A DNA stretch of 63,099 nt, counting the filler, from Kipferlia bialata (Eukaryota), in the NCBI GenBank assembly GCA_003568945.1. It is 4 parts of 4 records of this genome, joined end to end, with 100 filler letters (N's around TTAATTAATTAA, not from the genome) between each part and the next. Parts side by side here need not be neighbours in the genome. Positions count along the whole stretch, not along the records: positions 45,475 to 54,671 come from BDIP01000348.1; positions 54,772 to 63,099 come from BDIP01000352.1; 2 more parts are not named here. One strand, written 5' to 3'. The position numbers were made by a program, and so were the translations under genes. A model generated the notes under the pieces. It saw only the letters and a program-made list of their open reading frames with translations. It ran no database searches and was not told the DNA's origin. Of this stretch, positions 47,314 through 62,103 are shown in pieces. Numbering within the stretch: the first letter of the stretch is position 1; every line of letters begins with the position of its first letter.

Positions 47314-50300
47314 CTACTTGGGCGGTAGTGCCGACACCACCACCCCAGAGGTGTTGCTGCTGAAGACATGCATGTTCAGAGGAGTCACGGCGGGACCCTC
47401 AGCGTCATCTGATTTGCGGGGGGGAACGTCAAAGAGAGATTGGTCTCTCGATACCTACAGGTGAGACAACTGACAGCTGAACACCAAGTAAACACTACTA
47501 TGCAGCTCCTAATGAGAGAGAAAGCGCATCTCCGCATCTGAGGCCACCCACCTGCTCCTCGTATACTGACTGCTTGGAGTCGGTCTCGAGGGGGCGGTAC
47601 ATACGCCTGAGGAGGCCATCAGCTACCCTAGCCAGCTCCTGCTGCAGCTGATCCTCCTGACGTCAGGAGAAGATGCGGCATGGCCCTGTGGTATAGACCT
47701 ACACATGCCGTACAGTGTGTGTGCCATACCTTAGACGAGTGGTGAACAGGGCATCCAAACTGTACCCCGGGCACAGCTGCCAGCACACGCTGGACTGTGG
47801 AGGACACGACAACCTGAGTGAGTGAGTATCAACCATACACTGCAAAGAGTGACACAGGAGTCCAACCCACCTCCCCCTTGGGGGCGATGCCCTCTAGGGA
47901 CCGGGCCACGGCGGGGCCCAATCCAAATACGTCGTAGGAGATCCGGGAGGTGGAGAGAATGGCTCCGAAGGCTGGGCCTACACCTATCCCAATCCTGACG
48001 GAGAGGTCATGCCCCATCTCTGATGAGATGCGTCTGGTGTCAGTGTCAGTGTCAGAATCGGTGTCAGTATCCACAGTGGCACGGGTAGCTACGATGGCAC
48101 AAGAGAACAGTGCAGCTCCCTCACCTGACCGCGTCCCTCATCTGCATGCCCAGTCTGACCATGTCAAGTGCGGCCTGGACAAGGTCGGACTCGTGCAGGG
48201 ACCTGGGGGTCAGTCCCAACAGTAACGATCCATACGTTACAGGAGCAGAACCCTTGTCCTTACCAATCATACACACTGTATATATAAAATGTGTGTGTGT
48301 ATGTGTGAAAGTGTACCTCAGAGCAGGGGCAGAGAAGGGTGTCATAGCCTCGTATGCGTCCCCCACGGTCTTGACCTGCCATGAGACACTACTACATACA
48401 CATCTTGTTGTGGGAGAGAGACTCTCACTAGGCCCATTACCTTTCTGGCCAGTGGGTACTGGAGGAGGGCGTCATCAAAGGCCTGGAAGAGACTGGCGTG
48501 AGGGTGAACACACAATGTGTAGGATGTGAGTACGAATATGGTTTTGAAGAGGGTAGATGGCCAGGCATGGTATATATACAAACGCATATGCTAGTATGTA
48601 AAGGAGTAAACAGAGAAAACCCGCACCCGGTAAGGGTCCCGACGAGGACATCGCTTGTCACTGTCTGGGAGAGGACTGTGAAGTTGACAATATCACAGAA
48701 CAGGCTGAGGTGAGAGAGGATCCTGAGAAGAGGGATGAGAGGACGAAGGTTCAGAACTCTAGCACTGTAACACTCACCACACGGCCAACGGGAAAGGGGT
48801 GATGACTGACGAGACATGGGACTCAATGTTATCAAGATCTGCGAGGAAGGCGTCCATGGCAGACTGGCCCGGCTCCGCCTCTGCCTCCGCCTCTCTCTCC
48901 CCCTGGGTACCCTCCAGGGAGCTGGGCCCGTGTCTGTTGAAGCCGAGCAGCGCATGGTCCAGGTTGGAGGTCGAGTCCATGCCTACCACCCTCAGCGCCA
49001 TGGAGGGGGAGGACACACCTGAGGCTGCATCCCCTCGCGACTCCCTGTCGCCCAGGTCCTCCCCAAGCAGAGGGTCACAACCCGGGAACCACGTCAGGAT
49101 CCAGTCCCGCAGCTTGGACCTCTGCACTCCCTGCAGTGAGAGGGTCATCTGTGGCTTGTACACTACACTGTGGCATGTGTCATGTATGTATCATGTATTG
49201 ACTATACATTCCAGTCAGATGGCCATACCTCCAGGTTTCTCTCCGATGGCTTGACCGGGGTGGGGGGTCGGGGCTGGCGCTGGGCATGGAGCGCATCTTC
49301 ATAGAGAGACACCACGAGGGGTAGGCACAGAGGGTCCTCGTCCTCACCCTGCACCGTAGCCCCGGCCCCCAGATCCGGCCTACCCACTGAGGGGACCAGG
49401 GACGACGGGCCTCTGCGGCTGGCTCTTGGGACACCCTCCACAGGCTGGCCCTTCAACGAGAGAGAGGTCGTCAGAGGGGAGAGGGGTGGGGTAGCACCCG
49501 ACAACGGAGCACGAGGGGGCAGAGGGGAAGAAGGGTTCAGAGTGGAGAGTGGGGAGAGGGGCGTGAGGGGGGACGAGGGCGTGTTGGACCCGGTCTTCCC
49601 CATCGACAGCCGTCTCAAGGCTCCCTGGGCGGATAGAGATGCATTTCTGGATGGGCGACGGGACCCACTCCCCCTGTCCTTGGCAATGGCGGGCCCAGCC
49701 CTGTCGTCTAGAATTACATCCAGGACCGAAAGTACCATGTCCCTCTTGGTAGATAGGGACCTGGGGTGGGGATGGGGGGGGGGGGGTGAATAGACAGCCA
49801 GAGATGAGACAGAAACAGATGCTACCCTCTGGATACCTGAAGAGATAGAGGAAGAAGGGATCTAGGGCCGAGGGGGAGATGACACGGGACAACGTCTTTC
49901 TAGCCTAATGGAGTGAGGGTATGGTGAGAGAAGAGATATGCAATTTGTCAAGAAACGCTTTGCCAGAGAATTGATATCCCGAGCGAGAGGTTAGACACAC
50001 ACTGGCTCAAGGACCACCCCTACTGCTACCAAGATACTGATACTGACACTCCTACCTGGTTCACATGCAGCAGAGACCTCAGCAGCACTGTATCGTGTCT
50101 ACTGTACATCATGGAGTGTTGCATGTACAGGCACAGAAGCATGAGCCCCAGACCCACACATGTACAGAGGACATGCATCCAGACAATGACAGTCTCCCTG
50201 TATGTGAGAGGGACAGAGGGGTGTGGTATAGATGAGTGTGCAGTGCACGAACCGGACAGATGCCTCACTGTGAATCCAGAGGAACACCCCAGTGACCACA

Positions 50301-53300
50301 GGCGGAATGGTGACGAGAGAAGCCACCTGGTAGGGTGAGACTAACGAAAGGAGGAGAAAGGCTATCCTTAAGGAGTGGTGGGTTGACTAACAAGAGGAGA
50401 TATTCAACAAAAACCCAGTGACTCTCCATACCTCATAGAATAGAATCCTACCCCTCAGGATCTGAGAAGGTGCAGCTAGCTTGTATGCGAATGCTCCGAA
50501 TGCAAAGAGAGCCATCAGGGGCAGGCTCGTGTACCACTCGATGTTTGTGTTTGCGTACCCCCCCGTGGCCTGTGCGTAGTTGGCTGTGACCACGGCACCT
50601 ATGGCCAGCTGGGAGGTGATGCCCAGGACAGGGGCCACGACAGACAGACCGGCCAGGCGGAGGTGCTTGAAATGGTACTCCTGAGGTGATATGCAGTGTA
50701 CGCTTGTCATTGGGGCAGAAGCAGAATGACAACGAACGACAATAGATGAATAGATTGATAATAATAATAATCGGTAGCCACTGTATGTATCCAAAGCGTG
50801 ACGTACCTGCCTCTCACCCCTATCCTCCCTCGCCCCCCTGTCGTGGTGCTTCACCCCGAGCTCGCCCCATAGGATAACGACCAACAACACGGCCATGATG
50901 GGGTAGTATCCAAACTGGCTGGAGGTTAGTAGTTGTGTCTACAAATGGAAGAGTGGTGTCATTCATTTAGATACACTATACATATAACGTGACACATGAA
51001 AGGACATAAACATAAAGAGAGTTCTCTATCAATAGTGATCACACATGAAATACCCATGGCCACACCTCATGATGCCGTGGAAGTAGTCCTCTGCGCCCTG
51101 GAAGAAGTCATACCCGTGCACCCCGTGGTAGCCGAGTCCAATGACAAGCACCATGGCGGCATAGCACACAACAGCACCAAGGGCACGCATACGGCTCTCG
51201 GGGACCTCGGTACCTGGAGGTCAGTGCATACACCCACTATTAACGTCAATAGCATGTCACGTATAGTGTGATGGGAGTGTGTGCGTCCATACCTGTGAGC
51301 GAGAGGCGAAGCCAGGTGGAGAGAAGAGCAGGCGAAGTGTCTCTGAGAAGGTTCGAGAAGAGCAACCGAATGAAGCCAATTGCAATGGCCACAATACGGA
51401 AGCCAGCAACCCTTCTCTGCTTAAAGGACTCCTGAGTATGAATATCACTGTGCAAAGGGCGAGACGGGGGAGGAGTGTCACTTACAGTATCATCAACACC
51501 AGCTCACACACCTTGAGCAGGGAGTACCGTCTGGACCCTGCCATGAAGTGGTTGGTCAGAACCTCGATGTCCTGAATGACGGGGGGGTCAGGCCTGAGGA
51601 TAAGAGGGGATAGGGGGGGGGGGATAGCCCCAGTACTCGTGTATACACACTGGTGTATATGTAGGTGATCAACCTCATGTGGTGGTGCCTCGGCCCCTTG
51701 GGCTCAGACACTACATCTACACGGCCCTTAACAGGTAGGGACTCCCCCGGGGCAGTCTGCCCTTCGCGGTCCGTCAACCGTGGTGTATCTCTGTCACTTG
51801 ACATAGACAGCCGCCGCCCCCTCCGTATGGGTATACGCGGTACGTTCCGTCCTGTGTCCTCGGACCCCCTACTCAGAGATGCCCGCCTCTCCCTCTCTCT
51901 CTCTCTGTCTCTCTCGTCCTCGTATATGGTGTCGTCGTCGGTGAGGCTGAGCACGGAGTCCTGGGACAGCTCGTGGTAGGCCAGGTCGGGGCTGGGTCTG
52001 GGGACTAGGGGGTGGACACCGAGGCGAACCCGCTCCCTGTCGGCAAGCTCAGTGGAAACGGCCCTGCTCCAAGCTCTACTGCCAGTGCTCTCGGACTCTC
52101 TCCGCCTGAAGAGAACACTGTGGTCATGAATGGTGTCCTGAGGGTCAGAATACAGGGGCAGACACATGGACTACATAACGACATCCACCACTAACGAGAG
52201 AGAGAGAGAGAGAGAGTACCTGGGTGCTGCTAGACATGGCACTGTCCGTGGGACCTGCGTAGTGGATGGACAGCCTAGAGAGCTGGGACGTCCTACTGTG
52301 ACTGTACCCGTTGCTGACGCTGCGGGACCACACGTCCTCGTCCTTATGGGGCACTAGACGCTCGGGGTGGCCGGCGTCGTGCTCGGTATCGGACACGCAC
52401 ATACGGTCATCGCCCTCTGTGTCCCTTCCTGTCCTGTGGGACTGGGTCCTCTTGCACCCCAGCTGCATCAGTTCACTCACAGACCCCGTAGAGGGGGAGA
52501 TACAGAACTCCTCAACGTCAGACTCACTGCCAGAGCGTCTCTCTCTCTCGAGTCCAACAAAGGGGCACAGGGGAGAGACAGCCGGTCCCAAACAGTCAGA
52601 CGAGGACGGAGAAGGGGTCTGAGAGGACCCACCAGAGAGATCACTGGTAGACGACCCCCGGAAGGTGTGGGTGCCGGATCCCATCACACAGAACTCTCCA
52701 GAGCCCGATGTCCCGAGGGTGGTTGAACTGCTCTTGGCGGCACTGGTGTCAAAGCTACATGTACGCTCGGCATGATGGGTGCCCTTGGGGGAGCCCGCCT
52801 GGGTGCTACACATACATGACTTGGCGTCATCCTCGGGTATAGGGGACGGCACGCCACCCCGATCCACGCCACGTCCCTTGGACCCTGTGAGACTCCTAGA
52901 CGCCAAAGCCTTGGCCGCTGGGTTAGTGACGATATAGTAAAGGGTAAAGGTAGAGAGACACAATGATGGTAGGGAATGAATAGAAATAGGGTACAACTTA
53001 TCACCTGCCAATACTGTAGCAGAGCTCTCAGCTTGTGCAGTCAACCTGGTATTAACATCAAGGGAATCAAGTCACACAGTACAGTGCCCCAGTGTCAGAA
53101 TGTCATGTACCCACCTGGCTCTGTTCCTCTCCGAGTCCGTATCCTCCTCATCCAGAATCTGGTCAAAGAGGTCCCCAAGGGATTTAGAGCCTGGGTATGA
53201 GAAGGGAATGGAAATGGAAACTGCCAATAGAGAGCATTACTACAAAGGTAGACAAATGCTGGATAACCATAAGGACTCGGGTCATACCGGTGGATGGGGC

Positions 53301-54570
53301 TATACTGGACAAGCAGGATTCCCTTTGAGGCCGATGGAAGAGCCCCATAGCCTGGGACATGTCACCCAGAGTGGCTGCGATGAGACAGAGGAATCAACAC
53401 ATAATATATATAATGTATAATAATGTAATGTATATAATATATATATAATATATAATTAATATATATATAATATACAATATATAATGGAGACACTGAGCAG
53501 GACATGGGGGTAGGGAGACAGAGAGACCGACAGACACAAGTCCACCCACTGAGACAGACGCAGAGAGAGTCCCGACCTGACGTGGAGGGCATCATGGACA
53601 CGGACATGAGGTGGCCTAGGTCGGCCTGGGTGGCAGACCGGTACCTCTGGGAGGGTTCAGCGCTGAAGAGGCAGGACATGATGTTACCATCTAGGATGGA
53701 CTGTGGTGGGTAATAGGAAGATGAGAAAGAGGGGATATGTAAATCACGACTTTAGTTATAAGCAGACACTGGTTGCAGACTGTATACTATACTCCCTACC
53801 TCGCTATCCGTGTCACTCACAACGACAGGGGCCAAATGGGAAGATGCTGGGTTGAGGGTTGAGGGGGACGGTAGAGAAAGAGAGAGACTGTGGGCCTAGA
53901 GCTATATATACCATACCTGGCATCGGAGGAACCCCCTTAGGGACACTACGACTACCAGTGACGGATATTGGAACCGCTGGATTGCTGTTACCCCTAGATG
54001 TCAGACTTACATGTATAAAATGAACACATGACAGTGATAATTCATGACTGAAACACAATAGAATGACTGAAACACAATAGAATGATATGATTAATAGGAA
54101 CCGGTCTCATAGCAACGTTAGTTGCAACCCTGTCCCGCACCTGTCTGACAGTGTTGAAGACACCGTCATGGCACTAAGGACACTTCTGGAGGTGGAGGGG
54201 GCCTTGGTACGACTGCCAGACCGGCTGGTGTGGCTGGTTCTGTCTCTGTACACATCCGACATGCCCTGGAGTGAGAATGGCAAGAGAGGGGTGAATAGGG
54301 ATATGAGAGTGTGTTGAGTGCGCACCTGTGCCACGGACAGCATCGATGACTGTGTCCGCCACGAGTCATTGTCGTTGCTGGTGCCACTGGGGTGAGACAT
54401 ATACCTGGGGGGGAAGAGTAGTATCACTGCATACTCCACTATATTCACGCACCTCAGGTTGAACTTGAATGCATCTGGCTGGGGGGCAGAGGGCAGAGAG
54501 TGGTCGGTGGTGACGCCAGGGGACAGGGTCGTGTCGACTTCCCTGATGAGAGAGGTCCCACTCAATATGG
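47314..54570 (-). CDS. Membrane class-III adenylate/guanylate cyclase-like protein (Ser-rich N-terminal region, multi-TM block, one catalytic domain); 5' end in gap
   Basis: Catalytic motifs LFCDIVNFTVLS, LFQAFD, KVKTVGDAYEA and VRIGIGVGPAFGAILSTSRISYDVFG. Hydrophobic exons at 50050-51480; stop at 47314. Confidence 0.88.
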
Positions 54571-54671
54571 TAGGTTGTCTGAGGTAAGTGTCAGATGTGA
54601 CATGCAGGAGTCAGATCAGAGGAAAGACGAGGGGAGGGGGGGGGGGGGGGAAAAAAAAAAAACCTGGGCAA

Positions 54672-54771
54672 NNNNNNNNNNNNNNNNNNNNNNNNNNNNN
54701 NNNNNNNNNNNNNNNTTAATTAATTAANNNNNNNNNNNNNNNNNNNNNNNNNNNNNNNNNNNNNNNNNNNN
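54672..54771. other. Assembly gap with TTAATTAATTAA linker
   Basis: N run with linker at 54716-54727. Confidence 0.98.
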
Positions 54772-54819
54772 TTTTATTTTTTTTCTTTTTTTCCCCCCCC
54801 CCCCCCCCCCCGACCCAAG

Positions 54820-57800
54820 GTGATGCGTCCCAAGGCCTTTACGGAGTCTGAGGCAGGGAGGGGGATCATCAAGAAGACTCAATCAGTGAGACAGGGAGAG
54901 GTATGGAGTTAGCAGTCCCTTTACCAGTGCCTGAAGTGCCAATGGTCCTAATAGTAGTATCACATGTATACACTTTCACCCCCAGCTCGCACCCGCCCTT
55001 CGGTTTGGCCACGAGTCCACCCTCAGGGCCATCAGACAGTCTCCCTGGGGGGTCATCAGAGCCCGTTTCGACGGAGACCACCTCCCAATCCCAGGTGGGC
55101 TGAGGTCCGGCAGGTCCTCTCTTCCTAGACTCCCTAGCCGACCAGTGAGTGTATCTCCAGAGAGAGTGGGTAGGGCGGTAGAGGGGGCTGGACAGGGCAG
55201 TCACCACAGCATCTCAGCTAGAGAGTCTCTCTCCGCCTCTCTGCCCCCCCTGCCTCTAGCCTACTCATCCACCACTGCCACCCTCGCCAGTGACAGCTCT
55301 CTCTCTGTGCTCCACCCCCTGGGTCGCTGGGCAGCAGACCCCGTGGCAGGGGTAGAGACGGAGCCCATCCCTCTGCTGTCTACCAGCCGCCCCCAGGACG
55401 TAGATCTTCGCAGGTACGTACTCATACGTATTTCTATTGTGGTTGTCTTGCCAATGATGTATATCTTGTGTAGTCTCTTCTCATATATGCGTCTCTGCTA
55501 CTACCAGGCATGGGAACTACTCCGCCCCTGCTGGGTCCCACCCCATGGACACCCCCTTCGACACATCAAGTGGTACTATACAGGACTCCAGCCTCACAGT
55601 GGACGACACCCACTACAAGATGGACATCTCAACCAGCTTCGGTACCACCATTGGGTCCACCATTGGATCCAGTCTATCTGCTATGGATGCTGCTGGGGTC
55701 GGGTCGAGCTCCCAGCTCCAGCTGGCCTCTGAGTACATGAGGTCTGTGTCGAGGAAGTCCCTGAGGCTAGGTGGGTCATACTCAGTTACTCATTTACAGT
55801 ATATGTATCTGTCATTGTGGATGAACTTCTTACTTTCGACCTGCGACTGTGTCTCACTGCAGACGCTAATCGTACTGTTAGTACTGTGCGTCGCACTTAT
55901 GCAGCGGGCCTCGCCCTCTCTGGTGTGCGTAGGGCGTACTCCTCCTCTGCCTCTCTTCTCTCTCCCTCAGTTGTGCCAAGGGACAGCGCTCCCTCCAGTC
56001 CCAGGAGGAGCAACCCTGTCTCACCCCGGAGGAGCAACCCCGTCTCCCCTAGGTCCTGGGCAGTATCGTCAGCCTTTGGTGAGAGTGCCTCCCCAGAGAG
56101 AGACCATGCCCCCCCTGCACCCTCAAAGTGTGTGTGTGAGGAGGACACGGGAGAGTCCCAGGACTCCATAGTGGCAGCAGTGGCGCAGTGGGAGGGTGGG
56201 GACAAGAAGGGCAGTGGGCTGTCCCCTCGTCTACCCACAGAGCCTGCTCAGCCTAACTCCGCTGGGGACACTCCCCCGGACTCGTCATTCGAGTCCCTAG
56301 GCACATCATTCGGCTCTCTGGTGCTCTCGGGTCCGACCTACACTGATCTCAATGACGTAGACTCTGAGACACCCTCCCAGCTGTCTGGTGTGTCCATGCT
56401 GTCTATGGTCCACTCCAAGCAGGACTCCGTGACCCCCTCCACCCCCCTCAGCAGCATGGAGGCCATGTCGTCATGTGTCACCCTGCCCATCACGTACCAG
56501 AGGGCAGAGGGGGCAGAGGGCATGTCCCTGCACAACATGTCGAGGCTGGCCATGGGAGGGGGCACGGGGGCTGGGGCCATCTACAGCGACGCCAGCGACA
56601 ACACTTATACCTCCAAGATCAGCGTCTCAGACTCGTCAATGACCAGGACCATAGACACAGTGTCCCACTCCATAGGGATGGGGTACCCGAGGACGTCCAG
56701 CACCCAGTCGCACACCACCACACACTCCGTCTCAGACAAGCATGAGTCGTCCGCGGTGGCAGACAGAGAGCGGGAGAGGCAGGTACTGGACGATCACGCG
56801 GACTGTCTCATCGATGAGGACTCTGATTCATCATCCTCACAAGCCGATGCCGCAGGGGACGCTGAGCCACCTACCTTCCCCTTACAGCAGCAGCCTGCGT
56901 CTGACATACCCCGTGGACTAGCACTGGAGACCATACAGGAGGTGACAGAGCCCCATGGGGGACCCCGTCGCATGTCACGTAGCACTGGGTACTTGGCATC
57001 ATTCACAACAACGTGTGGGACGGACTCTAGTGCCGTCAGCCGGGGCACCCCCGTATTCTCAAGGAGCGGGGGTCTCATACCCACCATGTCCTGCATGAGT
57101 GGGTCTGACGTCACAATGGGGTCGACCAACCCTACTAAGCATGTGAGGGAGGTACCGAGTCTGTCGAATCAGTCCTTCTCCATTCCTGGCCTAGAGTCCC
57201 GTTCCCACGTTTTACGTAGAGCCCGCGACCCCTCTGATACCCTACCTCTAGACTCGAGTGTACAGTCCTCAATGTCCCTGACACGCTTTGTAAGTGACTC
57301 CCTAAAGAGCGCCAGGGGACCTAGAAGCTCCTCTACCAGTACTGATCCTGCCCTACCCACCATCACAGAGAGAGACACTGATGGGTCCACTGCTGTTGAT
57401 GACAGCCCCAGGGGCCATAGGCATAGGAGTAGGTCGGATCAGTCTGAGTCTGGTCCTTCCACTACCACGGTGTGGCCCAGGCTGTACCCCAGGGAGACCC
57501 CTGCCGCTGTCACACCCCAGGTAGAGAGGGACAGGGACGGGTCATCTGATGGAGACGTCCTGGTAGATACAGGGCTAGACATAACCAGTGGCCTCTCTTC
57601 TGTGTCTGGGTCTCTGCCCCATGCCGCATCTGGCCTGGACGCAAGGCTCCTCGACGACCTGGAGGCACTGCACAGGCATGGTAGAGTGTATGTATTAGTT
57701 ATGATGTGTGATTTGTGGATGCAGGAGTAGATCCCTATATGATAGTCATTCTTACCTTCAGGTGTGTGCCTGTCGGGTCGGCCCTCTCTAATATGGCAGA

Positions 57801-60800
57801 CGTCTACTGTGCAGACATTCAGCCAGGCAGCAAGGTGGACACCACAGCCGGAGACTCTTCTCCTGAGAGCTCTAATAATCATGTGGCCTCTCGTTTCCGC
57901 TCTCTGCTGGAGCTTGTACAGTCCATGAGTCAGCTCTTCAAGGTCAGTGTGGTTCAATTCAGATATGACGACTTTAAAGTCAAACCATCCACGATATACC
58001 TCTCCTCTCACCACTAGATGTGCCTGTCTCCCACATACAAGAGTAACCTCTTCGTCACGCTTCACACCATATCGCAGCTGGAACGCTTCCACGTGGCCAC
58101 CATGGTGCTAGGACTCCTGGAGGTATGGACTTGGTGTTGAACAAGACTTTACAGTGATTCACTAATTACCTTTCCTAAGTATATAGTGTGTAATAGGGAC
58201 TTGACACTCACCACAGCTTGTAGCTGGCTACTTGTGGTGTCGACCGGTCAGGAGGACGATGCTTAGGTAGGTGATGTGCTCTACTCACTTGTGATCTCAG
58301 AGTGCAGTCAACCGCTGTATTGCGTCACTTCACTTCAGGTCCGTGTCTGAGGTTCCCACTGCTGTCTACAGACTGGGCAAGGTTGCATCTACGTATTTCC
58401 TCCCCGGGGTTCTGATAGTACGTCCCACTCGTATTCTTCTGTCATTAGATAGTCATCAATAGACCATCCTTCAACGCCTGACCCCAGGTTCGGTCTGTCT
58501 ATCATGTGGCCGCAGGGAGCATGTCAAGGCGCTTCTTATTCCGGCTCCTCAGGGATGTACTGCTGAGGCCCAGAGATGGCAAGCGTCGTGGAGGTCTCAG
58601 ACGCCGTGTAGATAGGGCGGTGTTTATGTTCAGACTCCACATTGCCGTGAAGACTCTGCTTCAGACCCTGGCCATATCAGGTGGGTGTGATTTGTTCCTA
58701 AGAATGGGGTACAACAATTCTTGACCCCATTATGTTAGTAGATTAGTGGTAATCTCTTCTTATCACAGGGATATTCATCTGTGTCTATTGTGCCCAGCAC
58801 ACCTTCCTGGACGGGTTAGAAGACTCAGGCGGAGACTTCCGGCGCCATGTACTTACATCATGGGTGAGATAGCCTTCTTTTGTCCTTCTGGTCTCACCTG
58901 TAACTAATCTCAGGGCTCCGTGCCCTTTATAGTTGTGGAGAGTGCCCTGACTCTCTTCACCCTTCCCTTCTATGCCGCAGTCCCTATCAACCTCCTGAGT
59001 ATCTTCCTGTGCGCCGTGGCGTCTGCCCAGGCCCTGACCATGTCGAGTGAGACATACATCCTCTATCTCTCTGTCTTGCTGGCAGTGTTACTCTGCATCC
59101 TACAGGCGGTCACCAAGGTGTGTTTATTGTGTGTCTTGTGTCTAATGAGTGTTCCAGTGGTGGAGAGGTTCTGCTCTACAATTGCATTGTTCTCCTCTGG
59201 TTTTCAATCTCTCCTTCTTATCATACTGTGAAGTATCGTCAACTCTAGGCTGTTACCCTTGTAGTCGGTACCAGACTAGTAGTGCAGTCCACTGCTGCCA
59301 AGGTCCTAGTATCCAGGGTCATGTCCGGCCAGTTCTTCAACAGGTACTGATATCCAGACATATATATATAATCATATGGTAGCAGTGCCATGTGGGTAGT
59401 GACTCTATTGTATTTACAGAATACCTAAGCGTCTATGCTCATTCCAGGATCCTTACCCCCTTCATGGCCCACACTGCCTCCTCCGGGGTCTCCTTTGGCT
59501 ACATGCGGCCAGGGGATGCAAGGGCCATGCTCAGGTATATGGGTGTGTGTGCTATGTGGGGTCTATGTTGGTATCTATAGGTACTCTGATGAATGTTTTG
59601 CTTCAGGTATCCTTTACGTTTACCCTCAGGGAGCTGAAGCAGCACCACCTGGTAGCAGGCATGGAGACGGGGTCTGTATTGCCAATGGTGTATGCGCAGG
59701 TAGGCATGGTGACTCATTAACTGCTGGAGATGCATTCACCGTCCATACCCATAGTCCCAATGCATACACTCACTGTTCAGATAGTACACATGGCTGGTGA
59801 GCCACTTGTGTCCCAGTCTAAGGGCTACACGATGGGTGTGACTGAGGTGGACGATGCCCCCACCCCATCCACTGGTGCTGATGTTTGTGAGTCTCTACCC
59901 GCTGTCCCTGAGGGTGCGGGAGAGGCCTCTGCATGTTCCTGTCCCCCTCGCTGCCTATGCAGGACCAACCCCAACACAGCTCGCTTTGTCAATGCCGTCT
60001 ACAACTCCCTCCACATCGGGGCACCTGTGTCTGTGCGGGCTGTGCCCATAGCACCCGTCAGGGTCAAGGAGGTATGGCGGCTATTGATAGTGTGTGTATG
60101 GTTACTGTCATAGGGACTGCTGGATGTGTCTCTGCTAGCATATATTGGTGCAGTCATATACTATACAGAAGGATTAGTATTTTCGACTTACGTCAGGCTG
60201 AGATATGCACTCTGTTCAACGAGTGGTACCCGGGCCTCTTCTCCCACTCGCCCAAGGGCACTGATGTAGACAAGGGCGCTGTGATTGCGACATCAGCAAA
60301 GGGAAGAGAGACCCCTTTAGGAGAAGTGAAGCATTGCTCACAGCGGGCCCAGAGGGAGAGCTACCCAGGTAAGTATGCTATGGAGTTAGTGGTTCAGGTT
60401 TTTTAGTGTTAGGGTAGTGTGCATGACTCATACCAGTATGTCCTGTTGGGGCTCTGAGGGATGGCCCCCCTCTGGTGAGAGAGAGGGAGATGCCAGAGGA
60501 GGATTCTTGTGGGGACGTGAATGCAAGCGTCAGCCCTGGTGCAGAGGGACTACCCCCTCTCCCCGCATCTGTCTGTCATCCCACTCCTACTCCTCTTCCT
60601 GAGGCCGGGCCTCTGGTGTCACAGGTATATAGGCATGATCATATGTATACACCTGACAGTGGCTGTACTCTTTCTAACCCCCAGGAGGAGTGGCGCATCA
60701 TGCAGGAGACAGAGACCCAGTTCTTCCCTCTGATGATTTATACGAAGCTCGACATCGTGGGATTCACACAGTGAGTAAATGTTCTCATTCTAGAATCTAT

Positions 60801-62103
60801 CAGCAACACTTTCTACCTGCCCTCTTCCCCCCTCACCGTAGGTACTGTTCCGAGCATGGGTCTGATGTTGTCCATCTACTTAGCATCCTGTTCACCTCCT
60901 TTGACAGGATTGTGGCCAGATACCAGACTGAGGGCGTCGCCAAGGTCAAGACAATAGGTGAGGGCTGGCTCTGACTACTCTGGCATCTCTCTCCACTGTA
61001 TACTTGCATGCTACTCTCCTGACACCCAGGTGATGCCTATGAGATTATGAGGCCCGTGACCCCAGAGGAGCTCTACTCTAGCAGTGTCGCAGACCTGCAG
61101 GCAGCGGTGGCCTCGTCAGTACAGGTGAGGGGTGCTGTTATAGGTGGATATTGGTATCCATTGCATAATATGAAAGGATTGGCAGTATTGGTATGTCTAG
61201 TCACTGTGATACTATGCAGCCTCCTCACCCCAGTGCTCCCATGAGTTAGTCGAGTGTGCCCTCGCCATATTCTCTTCCATGCAGGTGTCCCTACAAGTTA
61301 GATGCGGCACAGCAATCGGACCTGCATTTGGAGCCGTGATTGGAAGGTCAGGATTATGTTTCTCGTTGAACAATTGACAATCCCTGCATCTCTTCTCTCC
61401 CCTCACCCCTAGGCTCCGTGTCTCCTATGACATCTTCGGCCTGGCCCCTGCTAGGGCTAGGGTCATGGAGTCTCTGTCCCCAATAGGTACAGGGGGATTG
61501 TTATTCGGTCTCATGCGAAAGGATGATGGTTAGAGTTACTAGGAGGTCCTATCAACACAGCACTAGCCTCACTGACCCTCAGGATGTGTCACAGTGTGCA
61601 ACAACATATTCCAGTTGCTCAGGCTGCACAAGGTGTTCGTGTTCGGGGACTCACTCTCCAAGAACCTCTCTGGGGGTTCCTACGCTCAGGCATTCTTGGC
61701 CAAGACCCAGGAGGTATGTGTGTCAGTGTGAACAATCTCAACCACTAATAGTTGTCATTCTAAGCATTCCCCCTGACCCCAGTTACTGGACAGGGAGTAT
61801 GAGGCCGTGGCCCCCTATGCCCCTGCCCCCCCTTGCTCCTGGATGGGGGTGGACGCGTCAGTCAAGGGAGACCGCAGTGCCCCTGCGAGACTGCCGTCCC
61901 ACCTGTACGAGGCCATGTACCTGAAGGGAGAGGCCCACCACCTGGCCATAGTCACCAGACACGTCCCCATCCACCCCGTGTGTAGTGTGTCTGCTAGGGT
62001 GTCTGGGTCTGGGGGTAGGGCACCCCACACCCATGTCATGGAAGGGGGGAAGGAGGACGTGTCCCCAGAGGGCGTCATCCTGCTAGGCATAGCTGAGCAC
62101 TGA
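54820..62103 (+). CDS. Second membrane class-III nucleotide cyclase-like protein; 5' end in gap
   Basis: A 637-aa Ser/Thr-rich ORF (55817-57730) is followed by TM exons at 58000-59350 and catalytic motifs KLDIVGFTQ, LFTSFD, KVKTIGDAYEI and VRCGTAIGPAFGAVIGRLRVSYDIFG. Stop at 62101-62103. Confidence 0.88.

Noticed and set aside
54044..54083. 19-nt tandem duplication TGACTGAAACACAATAGAA
   Set aside because: Simple intronic slippage duplication, not exon-derived.
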